Assembly (NCBI GenBank): GCA_046735395.1 | Contig: JBJKQR010000051.1 | Coordinates: forward strand, 1-43,926 | Length of the DNA: 43,926 nt | From: Fidelibacterota bacterium | GTDB taxonomy: Bacteria; Fidelibacterota; Fidelibacteria; Fidelibacterales; DSDE01 | Reading direction: 5' to 3' | Part shown: one piece after another, positions 28,947 through 38,908 of the stretch | Position numbering within the stretch: position 1 is the stretch's first letter | How the letters are laid out: the number at the start of each line of letters is the position of its first letter | Notes under the pieces: generated by a model | Told to the model about the DNA's origin: nothing | What the model saw: the letters and a program-made list of their open reading frames with translations, nothing else | The model's database searches: none | Position numbers and translations under genes: made by a program

Positions 28947-29250
28947 CACCACCGTTTTTCAACCTTTCCTTGATCTGCAGCCGATACTGCAGGCCGGCTT
29001 TCTGCAATTTTTCCTCAATGAGAGACTGTGAGCATTTCAAACGATCATAATCAATGGATAATGATGCGGAATCGGGGGCAACGGTAAACAGCAGAATACC
29101 ATCCAGAGCAATCAGATCCTGTTTCGCCTGAATGATCTTCGCACTTTCCTTTTTAATGGCATAACCCAGCCTGTTCACCGGAGATCCGCAGCCTCCAGAA
29201 AAGACCAGGGCAGTGAGGAACCCGGACAGAAGGGCCGTTTTCAGACGCAC
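28933..29250 (-). CDS. Small putative lipoprotein, HMA-like fold without CxxC
   Basis: Signal ending FSGGC; L..LDGI...IDYD......IEEKLQKAG pattern; overlaps both neighbours. Confidence 0.55.
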   Translation of the reverse strand: MRLKTALLSGFLTALVFSGGCGSPVNRLGYAIKKESAKIIQAKQDLIALDGILLFTVAPDSASLSIDYDRLKCSQSLIEEKLQKAGLQYRLQIKERLKNGGDEAL

Positions 29251-30260
29251 AGCTCACCATCCTTCATGACACAGGTGTCATCAAACCATATGCTGGGTTT
29301 AAATACAATCATATCGATATGCAGAACACTGGGATTTTCACCCCCATCATAGGAGGTGTTGTCTCCCACCGCAATATGACAGGTTCCGTACACTTTTTCA
29401 TCCTCAAGAATCACTCCGCTCACCTTTGCTCCGCGATTCGTACCGATGGCAAATTCTGCAATGAACGATGCATTCTCATTGCCATCCGTTTTCCTGGCAT
29501 CCTCCAGCAGGCTCCTGAACCGTCGTCCGCTGTCCGAATCCTGTATCCGGACTATATGCCCCTTTTCAAACATCATTTCCGTTGCCTCGGTAATGATATC
29601 GCCGCAGCGGTCCACCACCAGCCGTCCCTCCGCAGACACCGGAGCGCACTCCGTTTCCCCGTCGGGCAGATTGCTGAATTCGCCCTTTTCCAGCATACGG
29701 CCCGTGCTCACAGAGGATCGGTTTCCCAGGGTTATCCTGAGATCCGTACCTGACGGAGAAGTAATACGGGCGGATTTGCTCTTGTCAAACCAGATCTGAA
29801 GACTGCGTGACAGATTTCCGATTTCCTCGTAATCCGCATTCATTCCCCGGATGAAAATATCCTCGGTGATACCCGGCATCGACGCGATCCTTGCTCCCTT
29901 CTCCCGGCTGGCCCGGCGCCGTGCATCCGTATGCGATATGCTTTTCACCGTGGCTGCAATCACTATATCTGCCTCCATCATGCTGTCACCTACCCATTTC
30001 GGTGGCTCTTCCCCATTGATATTTCCAACCGGATAACAGATCAGACGGACATCTTCACTCAGCTCCTGTGCTTTGTCGAACAGGGCGCTGCCAATGGATT
30101 GCTGAGGGGGGTTCACCACAATCAGGACTCGTTCATTTTCTTTCTGCCCGAGGCATTGCCGAAGGGCTGTTTCGGACGCAATTAACAGCTTTTTATCTGG
30201 ATTCAATGTGATTCTCCTCACTTCTTTGAGGCGAAAATATTCATAATCGCGATCTTTCAC
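29241..30260 (-). CDS. M29-like (thermophilic metalloprotease) aminopeptidase
   Basis: SISHT, MPGIT, SPSGTDL, NLPDGE, AEFAIGTN, EDEKVYGTCHIAVG and LHID. Confidence 0.88.
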   Translation of the reverse strand: MKDRDYEYFRLKEVRRITLNPDKKLLIASETALRQCLGQKENERVLIVVNPPQQSIGSALFDKAQELSEDVRLICYPVGNINGEEPPKWVGDSMMEADIVIAATVKSISHTDARRRASREKGARIASMPGITEDIFIRGMNADYEEIGNLSRSLQIWFDKSKSARITSPSGTDLRITLGNRSSVSTGRMLEKGEFSNLPDGETECAPVSAEGRLVVDRCGDIITEATEMMFEKGHIVRIQDSDSGRRFRSLLEDARKTDGNENASFIAEFAIGTNRGAKVSGVILEDEKVYGTCHIAVGDNTSYDGGENPSVLHIDMIVFKPSIWFDDTCVMKDGELCV

Positions 30261-30443
30261 AAGTGAATTCAGGGCTAAAGCAGCTCTCTTCCGGTGTTAC
30301 TTTACGCCGCATTTTCATATTTTTAAATGAGTTATTCGGTTTAGTATTATTTTTTTTGAAATCATCTGTACTGGATATTTTACTTGAATTAAAACATTTT
30401 ATTTTGGATATTCGGCACAGAAAAAAAGAGGATGTAAATCGAC

Positions 30444-31022
30444 GTGAGAAAATATTTTTTTATGATTTTTGCCCTGCTTCTGACAGCAATGCCGGTCTGG
30501 GCCCAGATAATGTCTGTGGACGTTTCCGAACAGGCAACCATGATTGAGAGAGTTCTTAAATATGACCGGGCTCTGAATGACAGGGCCGGCGACACGATTG
30601 ACATTTTATTTCTTAATTTCCCCGGAGATGCGACGATCAGTGATGCGGACGCAACCACAATGATGGATGCTCTCGATGTCCTGGCCGGAAAAAGCATTAA
30701 TGGGCGCACGGTTCAGACTCATCGCCTGAACTGGACGAACCAGGCGGATCTGAGTGCCTTTGCCAAGGCCAATTCCATTGAAGTTGTATATCTGCTCCCT
30801 GCTGATAAATCAAATATCAGGCCGGTTACCACCCTGGCGACTGAAATTAAAACGGTTACCATCTGCGGAATGATTCCCTACCTCACCGAATATGTGAGTA
30901 TCGCCATTGCCAAGGCAGGGCCTATGACAAAAGTTTTTCTCAATCCCACCCAGAGCAAGAGTGAGGGTGCGGATTTCTCTGCGGATCTGATGAAAATTTC
31001 TCAGATCATCAAACCCGGCTAA
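30444..31022 (+). CDS. YfiR/DUF4154-like periplasmic protein
   Basis: Signal peptide; C-terminal KVFLN...EGADFSADLMKISQII resembles the YfiR family end; sits upstream of a TM-HAMP receptor. Confidence 0.7.
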   Translation: MRKYFFMIFALLLTAMPVWAQIMSVDVSEQATMIERVLKYDRALNDRAGDTIDILFLNFPGDATISDADATTMMDALDVLAGKSINGRTVQTHRLNWTNQADLSAFAKANSIEVVYLLPADKSNIRPVTTLATEIKTVTICGMIPYLTEYVSIAIAKAGPMTKVFLNPTQSKSEGADFSADLMKISQIIKPG

Positions 31023-31067
31023 TCATTACCGGTTTTCGTCTTTAGCCAGTTAACCAGGAGTTTTCAT

Positions 31068-32675
31068 ATGTCGGATATTTTGAAGAATCTATCGATTAAA
31101 GCAAAGTTAATAACGGTTTTTACTTCAATCATCGTCATATTTGTCCTGTTTATGACCCTGTATTTCCCGTCAAAAATGTTCAACAGTGAGCAAAGCGCGC
31201 TGTTCGACCGCGGTACGGATATCGGCAACCTTCTGGCCTATTCCATCACGGCCGGCCTGGAATTTGAGGATCCCTACAGTGTTCAGTCCGCTCTGAACGG
31301 TATCCGGGAAAAAAAGGATCTGGCATTTCTGGTCGTCTATGATATAAACGGCAAAGTGTACGATCAGAATAACCCCGAAGCATTTGCGGATCTGAAACTT
31401 CCGGATCTCGATACCACGTCCGTTGTCTGGGATGAAAAGGGAATGTGCGTCGTGGGAAGTCCGGTTCTGTCCGGAAACAGTCATATCGGAAATCTGTATA
31501 TCGGATTGCGGGAAGATAAATTGTACGCGCACAGTCAGGCAAACCGGTTTTCCATCATCATCATAGCGATCCTGATTATTGCCGTCAGTATCGGCCTGGG
31601 TTCTTACACTATCAGCCGCTCACTGGCTCCGGTTTCGAATATCGGCCACTTCATGAAGACGCTGGCAGATGGTGAAGCTGATCTGAGCAAGCGGATCAAT
31701 ATTGACAGCAGGGATGAAGTGGGCCGTCTGGCCAGAGCCTTCAATACCTTCATCGCCAAGCTTGAGCAGGAAAAAGACACGCAGAAGCACATCCAGCTGG
31801 GTGTGCGGAATTCCGTCAAATATCTGATGACGATCAGCGACAAGCTGGACAGCCTCAGCGGCACTGTTGAACAGCAGGTACTCAAACTCTCCGACGAGTC
31901 AGAACATGTTGCCAGTGCATCCAACCAGATGGCCATCACACTCGATACCATTTCCACTGCAGCGGAAGACAGCAAATCCAATATGAATTCCATTGCCACC
32001 GCCACCGAGGAAATGTCCATCACCATCAACAATATCACGGATAATACGGCCAATGCCCGGAATATCACGCTGGAAGCGCAGAAAAACGTGAACGAAGCCA
32101 GCCGCAATGTGGAGGAGCTGGCCGTCGCCGCCCGAGAAATCTCCCAGGTCACGTCCACGATCGTGGAGATCGCCGACCAGACGAAACTGCTGGCCCTGAA
32201 CGCCACTATCGAAGCGGCCCGCGCCGGTGAGGCCGGGAAAGGTTTTGCCGTCGTCGCCAATGAAGTGAAGGATCTGGCACTGCAGACCAATAACGCCATC
32301 GAGGACATCAGTAAGAAAACAGCAGCGATTCAGAGTTCCACAGACAGCACCATTCAGCAGATTCGCGATATCTCCGAGGTTATGACCAATGTGACAAATA
32401 TCATTACGGACATATCCGAATCCATCAATGAACAGAACAAGGCGACCCAGGAAGTCACAGGCAATATCAACTCCGCTGTAGATTCAGTATCCAACGTGGT
32501 GGCGAATGTACTGAACATCGCCGATAATGCCCGGAATATCACCGATAATATCAATTCGGTCAACAGCGCCGTGAACATTGTGAAGAATTCCATGACGGAT
32601 ATGAAGGACAGCACCGGTAACGTTCACAATGTCGGTGACGAACTTTCAGGCCTGAGTGATAAATTTGATGTTTAA
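31068..32675 (+). CDS. Methyl-accepting chemotaxis protein (TM-periplasmic-TM-HAMP-MA)
   Basis: HAMP DLSKRI...[48 protein letters not shown]. Confidence 0.95.
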   Translation: MSDILKNLSIKAKLITVFTSIIVIFVLFMTLYFPSKMFNSEQSALFDRGTDIGNLLAYSITAGLEFEDPYSVQSALNGIREKKDLAFLVVYDINGKVYDQNNPEAFADLKLPDLDTTSVVWDEKGMCVVGSPVLSGNSHIGNLYIGLREDKLYAHSQANRFSIIIIAILIIAVSIGLGSYTISRSLAPVSNIGHFMKTLADGEADLSKRINIDSRDEVGRLARAFNTFIAKLEQEKDTQKHIQLGVRNSVKYLMTISDKLDSLSGTVEQQVLKLSDESEHVASASNQMAITLDTISTAAEDSKSNMNSIATATEEMSITINNITDNTANARNITLEAQKNVNEASRNVEELAVAAREISQVTSTIVEIADQTKLLALNATIEAARAGEAGKGFAVVANEVKDLALQTNNAIEDISKKTAAIQSSTDSTIQQIRDISEVMTNVTNIITDISESINEQNKATQEVTGNINSAVDSVSNVVANVLNIADNARNITDNINSVNSAVNIVKNSMTDMKDSTGNVHNVGDELSGLSDKFDV

Positions 32676-32698
32676 AATCTTTTTCATGTGAAATTTAT

Positions 32699-32726
32699 AA
32701 AAGGGAGTTTTCACTCCCTTTTTTTT
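32699..32726. terminator. Bidirectional intrinsic terminator
   Basis: AAAAGGGAG-TTTTCA-CTCCCTTTTTTTT between convergent genes. Confidence 0.8.
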
Positions 32727-32761
32727 ATCTGTAATTTTGGCGAAGGGGTTTTGTCTGACGA

Positions 32762-33118
32762 TCAGCAGGCCAGATTATTGATCTTGTCGATCAATTTATC
32801 AAACTGATAGGGTTTGAGAATCACATCATTCACCATTGATGTGATGTCATCTTCCGGAATAAGGTTCGCATCGTAATAAAAATACGCCAGAATGATATAG
32901 GTGCTCTTCTTGAACTGCTGCACTTCACGGAGAACCTCAATATCCGAATTTTTCACAACCTCCCGATCGAAAAAACAGATATCCGGATCGAATTTCCGAA
33001 GGGTCTCCTCCGGATTCTGGGACGGCATACAACAGAAAATATTAAATTTTTTATCTAAAAATGAAGATAGGGAATCATGAAGATTCTGATTGAATGAACA
33101 GATTAGAAGATTCTTCAT
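32762..33118 (-). CDS. Stand-alone atypical receiver (REC-like) protein
   Basis: CheY-like pattern PDICFFD...ILKPYQFDKL; the acidic pocket after beta1 is missing. ATG 33118. Confidence 0.7.
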   Translation of the reverse strand: MKNLLICSFNQNLHDSLSSFLDKKFNIFCCMPSQNPEETLRKFDPDICFFDREVVKNSDIEVLREVQQFKKSTYIILAYFYYDANLIPEDDITSMVNDVILKPYQFDKLIDKINNLAC

Positions 33119-33131
33119 AAATGCCGATTCA

Positions 33132-33146
33132 GCAATCCTGATGCCA
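33132..33146 (-). promoter_or_regulatory. Sigma54 (-24/-12) promoter
   Basis: Minus strand TGGCAT-CAGGA-TTGC matches TGGCAY-N5-TTGC; lies directly downstream of an NtrC-type gene. Confidence 0.7.
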
Positions 33147-33298
33147 TGTTTCCCGTGTCGGTATATCATATTTTAATAATATCACATATCTAATTATTTA
33201 TTAATTATTTATATCTAATTAAAAAATGATGATGGAGACCATCCGACAGATGATTGAAATTATTGCTTTTTCAAACACGTTGAAATCCGAAAAATGAT

Positions 33299-33314
33299 TT
33301 CCAATTATTGAGAA
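33299..33314. promoter_or_regulatory. Candidate enhancer (UAS) site for the sigma54 activator
   Basis: TTCCAATTATTGAGAA, quasi-palindromic, near-identical to 35943-35958 and 35983-35998. Confidence 0.45.
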
Positions 33315-33323
33315 TACTGAAAG

Positions 33324-34667
33324 CTATTCGATTCCCAGGTCGTCAATCTTGCGGTACAGCGATGAGAGGCCGATTTCCATTACTTCCGCGGCCTTCCCCT
33401 TATCATTTCCGAAACGGTTGAGAATAGTGGTGATATGCTGCTTTTCGAAGGACCGGGAGGCAAGCTTCAGATTATCCGGAAACTGCATGGTAGATTTTAT
33501 TTCATTGTTTTGGGGAATGTCGCTGATGTTCAGATATTCGCTGTCGGTCAGCAGCACCGCGCGTTCAATGATATTTTCCAATTCGCGGACTTCCCCCTTC
33601 CAGTTATAATTCATGAAGGACTTCATGGTCTGGTTATCCACTCCCCTCACCTTTCGCTTCAGTTCACGGTTGTATTTTTCGATGAAGTGATTGACGAGAA
33701 GCGGAATATCCTCCCGGCGTTCAGCCAGGCTGGGAAGATGAATTTCGACGATATTCAGGCGATAATAGAGATCCTCCCTGAAATTGCCCTCTTCCACCTC
33801 CTTCATGAGGTCGCGGTTGGTGGCTGAGACGATCCGCACATTCACCTTGATGACGGTCGATGAACCGAGGGGTTTGATTTCCTTGGATTCAATGGCCCGC
33901 AGCAGTTTCACCTGGATGTGGATGGGAATTTCCCCCACTTCATCGAGAAACAGGGTGCCTCCGTTTGCGGCCTTGAACACACCGTCCTTATCCTGCGACG
34001 CGCCCGTGAAGGCGCCCTTCTTGTAACCGAATAATTCACTCTCGAACAGATTTTCGGGAATGGCACCGCAGTTGATGGCCACAAAGGGTTCCCGGTCTCT
34101 CGGGCTGTTCTGGTGAATGGCCCGGGCGATGAGTTCCTTACCGGTTCCGCTCTTTCCCGTAATCAGGACATTCGAAGTGGACGGAGCGACCCGCGAAACC
34201 AGATGAAAGACTTCCTTGATGCTGGCGCTCTCTCCGATAATATTGGAATATTCGAAATTCTTCTGTACTTCAGCCCGCAGCCAGGCATTTTCAACTATGG
34301 TTTTCCGGGCCTTCACCACATTCTTGACCCGAAGCAGAAGTTCATCAAAATCAATGGGTTTGAGAATATAATCCACGGCACCCTTCCGAAGCGCATCAAT
34401 CGCCGTCTCCACCGTGGCATAGGCCGTGATGATAATGACCGAAGTCTGCGGAGATACGTTGCGGCAGTGCTTGAGGATTTCCATTCCGTCCCGAATGGGC
34501 ATCTTGATATCCGTGATGACGACATCAAAATCGTTTTCATTGATGAGATTGATCGCCTCATCGCCATTGGCGGCCGTCCGGCAGCTGTATTTCTCCTCGC
34601 TCAGAATTTCGCTGAGACTGGACCGGATCTCCGGTTCATCATCAACGATCAGAATAGTGGCACTCAT
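33324..34667 (-). CDS. NtrC/AtoC-family sigma54-dependent response regulator (REC-AAA+-HTH)
   Basis: IVDDE, TDIKMP, GKSGTGKE, ESELFGYKKGAFTGA, LFLDEVGE, FREDLYYRL and a Fis-type HTH. Confidence 0.96.
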   Translation of the reverse strand: MSATILIVDDEPEIRSSLSEILSEEKYSCRTAANGDEAINLINENDFDVVITDIKMPIRDGMEILKHCRNVSPQTSVIIITAYATVETAIDALRKGAVDYILKPIDFDELLLRVKNVVKARKTIVENAWLRAEVQKNFEYSNIIGESASIKEVFHLVSRVAPSTSNVLITGKSGTGKELIARAIHQNSPRDREPFVAINCGAIPENLFESELFGYKKGAFTGASQDKDGVFKAANGGTLFLDEVGEIPIHIQVKLLRAIESKEIKPLGSSTVIKVNVRIVSATNRDLMKEVEEGNFREDLYYRLNIVEIHLPSLAERREDIPLLVNHFIEKYNRELKRKVRGVDNQTMKSFMNYNWKGEVRELENIIERAVLLTDSEYLNISDIPQNNEIKSTMQFPDNLKLASRSFEKQHITTILNRFGNDKGKAAEVMEIGLSSLYRKIDDLGIE

Positions 34668-35989
34668 GATTTCCCCATTTTTGGTATTAACACAGTGAAG
34701 AGGGCGCCCTGCGGATCCACGTCCTCAACGGATATGTAGCCGTTCAGATTTCGGATAATCCCGTGGCTCACGGAAAGGCCCAGGCCGGTTCCCCGTCCTA
34801 CATCCTTCGTCGTGAAAAAAGGTTCGAATATGGCATCCTTGATCTCATCCGGAACACCGGGCCCCTCATCCCGGAACCGGATGATAATATTATCCTCATC
34901 ATCCGTCAGAGACTGTATATAGACATTTTCACCGCTGTCCCCGTTGGCGTCGGCGGCATTGATCAGAATATTCAGAAAGACCTGATGCAGCTGGTCCGGA
35001 TCTGCGTAGATGTCCGGCAGATCCTTCTGAAGATCCATATGAAACTGTATGTTCTTTGCCCGCGTATCAAACTGGAAAATACCCACGGCGGACCGGATCA
35101 CCTCGTTAATGTCCGTTACATGCGCCTTGGCCTTGGATGGCCGTGAAAAGTCAACCATCTCGCGGACAATTTTTGAGATACGCTTGATATGAACGATCAC
35201 CTTGTCCAGATTTTCGAGGACAGCCGGATCGGAGGTTTTTCGCTTGGTCAGCTGGGCCAGCGAGGAAATGGAAGTAAGCGGGTTCCCGATCTCATGGGCC
35301 AGGCCGGCGGCCAGATGCCCGATCGTTGCCAGTTTTTCATTCTGCCGAAGCTGGGATTCCCGGATCTCATGCTCGGTCACGTCGCGGATAATCTGGCTGC
35401 GGCTGATGATGCCGCCTTTTTCATTTGTAAATGTGTACTGACTGAATCCGACCTTAATCTGTTTATGCGACCGCGTCCGATAAATGGCATCGTAATAATG
35501 ATTGTCCCGACAGTTTTTCAGAAAATCCGGAAGCACCGGTTCAACATCCGAATCATTTCCGGGCAGAAGAACGGAAATATGCTTGCCCCTGATTTCATCT
35601 TCGGACCATCCGAATATGCTGGCGGCACCGATATTCCAGAAGGTGATATCCCAGTCGGCATCGAGGGAAATAATCGCAAAACCGCTGTTATCGATAATGG
35701 TCTTGTAATACTCCTCCGTTCTGGCCAGTTTTTCCTCGTAGGCATTTTTATAGATGAAAATATTCCACAGCGCATAGGCGGCAACCACAATACCGCCGAA
35801 AATACCCCGGCTGATATACAGATAACGCAGTTTCAATCCCGTATTCGTATCGTAGATCTGCAGGCCGAATATTTCCCAGAGGATGAGCGTAAAGGCAACT
35901 ATGACAAGAAGATGGATCAGGGTCCGGTTGTATAAAAGGCGATTCCAATTATTAGGAATGTTTTCATTACCGCTGTTATGTTTTCCCAT
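34664..35989 (-). CDS. Membrane PAS sensor histidine kinase
   Basis: Two TMs, PAS (WNIGAASIFGW), AHEIGNPL and FEPFFTTKDVGRGTGLGL; ATGA overlap with the regulator. Confidence 0.92.
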   Translation of the reverse strand: MGKHNSGNENIPNNWNRLLYNRTLIHLLVIVAFTLILWEIFGLQIYDTNTGLKLRYLYISRGIFGGIVVAAYALWNIFIYKNAYEEKLARTEEYYKTIIDNSGFAIISLDADWDITFWNIGAASIFGWSEDEIRGKHISVLLPGNDSDVEPVLPDFLKNCRDNHYYDAIYRTRSHKQIKVGFSQYTFTNEKGGIISRSQIIRDVTEHEIRESQLRQNEKLATIGHLAAGLAHEIGNPLTSISSLAQLTKRKTSDPAVLENLDKVIVHIKRISKIVREMVDFSRPSKAKAHVTDINEVIRSAVGIFQFDTRAKNIQFHMDLQKDLPDIYADPDQLHQVFLNILINAADANGDSGENVYIQSLTDDEDNIIIRFRDEGPGVPDEIKDAIFEPFFTTKDVGRGTGLGLSVSHGIIRNLNGYISVEDVDPQGALFTVLIPKMGKS

Positions 35990-35998
35990 TATTAAGAA
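35943..35998. promoter_or_regulatory. Tandem candidate enhancer (UAS) sites
   Basis: TTCCAATTATTAGGAA (35943-35958) and TTCCCATTATTAAGAA (35983-35998), 40-bp period. Confidence 0.45.
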
Positions 35999-36163
35999 TT
36001 TACAGTAATTTTATGCTTATTCCAATGGACAAAAAGCCTTAACTTCCACCATGATTTTTAGCTTATTGCCGACATGGCGAAATGAAAGTGCCACAGGAGT
36101 TATTCACCATTCCGGAAATGCCGGAGCGGAGTCTCCTGAAATAATATGGCAAACCTGCGGCTA

Positions 36164-36178
36164 TGGCATATTATTTGA
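36164..36178 (+). promoter_or_regulatory. Candidate sigma54 promoter for maeB
   Basis: TGGCAT-ATTAT-TTGA, about 63 nt upstream of the ATG. Confidence 0.5.
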
Positions 36179-36241
36179 AATACGCTGCGCATGTTAAATG
36201 TTGAAATCAATAAAAATAATACACAAACGACGGAGAGGAAA

Positions 36242-38494
36242 ATGAGTTTAAAGGAAGATGCATTCAAGTATCATTCGGAACCGCGTCCGGGGAAAATTGA
36301 GGTCAACGCCACCAAACCCTGTGTAACTCAGTACGATCTGAGCCTGGCCTATACGCCGGGGGTTGCCGATCCCTGCCTTGCCATTCAGGAAAATCCCGAA
36401 GATGTTTACCGCTATACCAGCAAGGGCAATCTTGTTGCAGTCATTTCCAACGGAACCGCAGTCCTGGGCCTGGGAAATATCGGCGCGGCTGCCGGAAAAC
36501 CGGTCATGGAAGGCAAGGGTGTCCTCTTCAAACGGTTTGCAGATGTGGATGTATTTGACATCGAAGTGGAAAGCCATGATCCGGATGAAATCATCAATAT
36601 CGTCGAAAAGCTGGAACCGACCTTCGGCGGTATCAACCTGGAAGATATCAAGGCTCCCGAATGTTTCTATATCGAGGAAGAACTGAAGAAGCGGATGAAT
36701 ATTCCCGTATTTCATGATGATCAGCACGGAACAGCCATCATATCCGGCGCAGGACTGATCAATGCCTGTGAACTTCAGGGAAAGAAACTGTCTGAGGTCC
36801 GCATCGTCATCAATGGCGCCGGCGCCTCGGCCTACAGCTGTGCCCGGCATTACGAACGGCTGGGTGCCACCCACGCGAATATCATGATGTGCGATTCGAA
36901 GGGCGTCATCTACAAAGGCCGTACTGAAGGCATGAATGAATACAAGGAATACTTCGCCGTCGATACAAAAGCCCGGACCCTGTCCGATGCTCTGGTTGGC
37001 GCGGATGTCTTCCTCGGACTTTCCGTCGGAAATGTGGTGTCACCTGACATGCTGAAAACGATGGCTCCCAAACCCATTGTCTTCGCCATGGCCAATCCGA
37101 CGCCTGAAATTTCCTACGAAGCGGCAGTCGGTGTCCGCGATGATCTCATCATGGGAACCGGACGCTCCGATTATCCAAATCAGGTCAATAATGTCCTCGG
37201 TTTTCCCTTCATTTTCCGCGGAGCCCTGGATGTGAATGCCACCACCATCAATGACGAGATGAAAGCGGCTGCCACCCACGCCCTGGCCGCTCTGGCCAAG
37301 GAAGATGTTCCCGAAGAAGTAAGCATGGCCTACGGCGGCCAGAAAATGACCTTCGGCCGGGAGTATATCATTCCCAAACCCTTTGATCCCCGGGTGCTTA
37401 TCTGGGAATCAGCCGCAGTCGCTGAAGCGGCCATGAAAACCGGTGTCGCCCGCAAAACCATCGATATCGATGAATATAAGCGTGAACTGGAAGCCCGTCT
37501 GGGACGCGGCCGCAGTCTGATGCGCGAGCTCTATGAACGTAGCAAGAAAAGCCCGCGCCGCATCGTCTATCCCGGCGGTTCCCATGAGAAAATTCTCAGA
37601 GCCACGGTGGAAATCCGCAATGAAGGCATCGCCAAACCTATTCTGCTCGGGGACGTGGAAGAAATCAACCAGAAAGCCAACGAACTTCACGTTTCTCTGG
37701 AAGGCTGCGAAATCATTGATCCTCTGAAAAGCGACAAGCGGAAAACCTATATCGAGGAATATTATCGTCTGAGACAGCGCAAGGGCGCAACGATGTTCGA
37801 CAGTGAGAAGGAAATGATGCGGAATACTGCCTTCGCAGCCATGATGGTTCACATCGGGGATGCGGACGGTATGGTGGGCGGTGTTGCCCAGCAGTATCCG
37901 GATACCATCCGCCCTGCCCTGCAGATCATCGGAAAGAATAAAAGCACCTCGGTTGTCGCCGGAATGCATATCCTGCTCCTGAAGGATTCAATTAAATTCC
38001 TGGCCGATACGACGGTGAATATTGATACAAGCGCGGAGACCCTGGCCGATATCGCCATTCTCGCTGCAGCCGAAGCCAAGAAATTCGGCATCGTTCCTCA
38101 TATAGCGATGCTGTCCTTCTCCAATTTCGGAACCTCCAGCCATCCTGCCGCCATCAAAGTGCGGGATGCGGTGAAAATCGTCAGGGAGCGGCATCCGGAG
38201 CTGGACATCGAAGGTGAAATGAACGCCGATGTGGCCATTGACGGGATTCTGAGAAAGGAAACCTACCCCTTTGCCGGCCTCACATCTGAAGCCAATATCC
38301 TCATCTTCCCCGACCTGGCTTCCGGAAATATAGCCTACAAGCTCCTCGGACGCATCGGTGAGGCGGAACTTATCGGCCCCATTCTCATGGGAATGAAAAA
38401 ACCGGTGCACCTCCTGCAGGTCGGATCCTCCACGGCCAAGGATGTGGTCAATATGACGGCCTATGCGGTGGTGGATGCCCAGGAGGCGAAATAA
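36242..38494 (+). CDS. maeB: NADP-dependent malic enzyme with phosphotransacetylase-like domain
   Basis: [57 protein letters not shown] and a PTA-like C-terminus. GGAGAGG precedes ATG 36242. Confidence 0.96.
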   Translation: MSLKEDAFKYHSEPRPGKIEVNATKPCVTQYDLSLAYTPGVADPCLAIQENPEDVYRYTSKGNLVAVISNGTAVLGLGNIGAAAGKPVMEGKGVLFKRFADVDVFDIEVESHDPDEIINIVEKLEPTFGGINLEDIKAPECFYIEEELKKRMNIPVFHDDQHGTAIISGAGLINACELQGKKLSEVRIVINGAGASAYSCARHYERLGATHANIMMCDSKGVIYKGRTEGMNEYKEYFAVDTKARTLSDALVGADVFLGLSVGNVVSPDMLKTMAPKPIVFAMANPTPEISYEAAVGVRDDLIMGTGRSDYPNQVNNVLGFPFIFRGALDVNATTINDEMKAAATHALAALAKEDVPEEVSMAYGGQKMTFGREYIIPKPFDPRVLIWESAAVAEAAMKTGVARKTIDIDEYKRELEARLGRGRSLMRELYERSKKSPRRIVYPGGSHEKILRATVEIRNEGIAKPILLGDVEEINQKANELHVSLEGCEIIDPLKSDKRKTYIEEYYRLRQRKGATMFDSEKEMMRNTAFAAMMVHIGDADGMVGGVAQQYPDTIRPALQIIGKNKSTSVVAGMHILLLKDSIKFLADTTVNIDTSAETLADIAILAAAEAKKFGIVPHIAMLSFSNFGTSSHPAAIKVRDAVKIVRERHPELDIEGEMNADVAIDGILRKETYPFAGLTSEANILIFPDLASGNIAYKLLGRIGEAELIGPILMGMKKPVHLLQVGSSTAKDVVNMTAYAVVDAQEAK

Positions 38495-38496
38495 CC

Positions 38497-38847
38497 GTGC
38501 CGGATTATAAGTTCAACGATTATGATCTGGATGGGCTGACCTATCTCCTGTCTGAACGGAAGGATGTGGTGAAATCCTATCAGAATCTTCTCTCCAACCT
38601 GACCGTGACCCTCGACGACAAAACCCGGGAACTGATCGTGCTGTCTCTGCAGATCACGACTCATGAACCGGAAGCCGTCAAGATCCTCATTCCCAAACTC
38701 CTGAAGATCGGCGCAACTCCCGATGAGATCGTTGATGCCGTCCTGCTCACCATCCCCAATGTGGGCCTGACCACGGTCATCAAGCTCCTTCCCAAGGTTC
38801 TGTCAGAGATCCGGAAGTACGGAGAAATGACCAGCGGCCAGGACTGA
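38497..38847 (+). CDS. Carboxymuconolactone decarboxylase (CMD/AhpD-like) family protein
   Basis: LDDKTRELIVL...GATPDEIVDAV; no CxxC. Confidence 0.75.
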   Translation: MPDYKFNDYDLDGLTYLLSERKDVVKSYQNLLSNLTVTLDDKTRELIVLSLQITTHEPEAVKILIPKLLKIGATPDEIVDAVLLTIPNVGLTTVIKLLPKVLSEIRKYGEMTSGQD

Positions 38848-38879
38848 TATGCGTATCTGATTATCGGAATAAATCTATG

Positions 38880-38908
38880 AAACTGCCCTGCTTTCAGGGC
38901 AGTTTTTT
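38880..38908. terminator. Bidirectional intrinsic terminator
   Basis: AAACTGCCCTG-CTTT-CAGGGCAGTTTTTT. Confidence 0.85.

Noticed and set aside
31604..32614. Minus-strand ORFs of 234 and 86 aa and apparent repeats
   Set aside because: Antisense shadows of the MCP; the repeats reflect heptad coding.
36076..36092. Minus-strand TGGCAC-TTTCA-TTTC as a sigma54 promoter for the kinase
   Set aside because: The -12 element lacks the conserved G.
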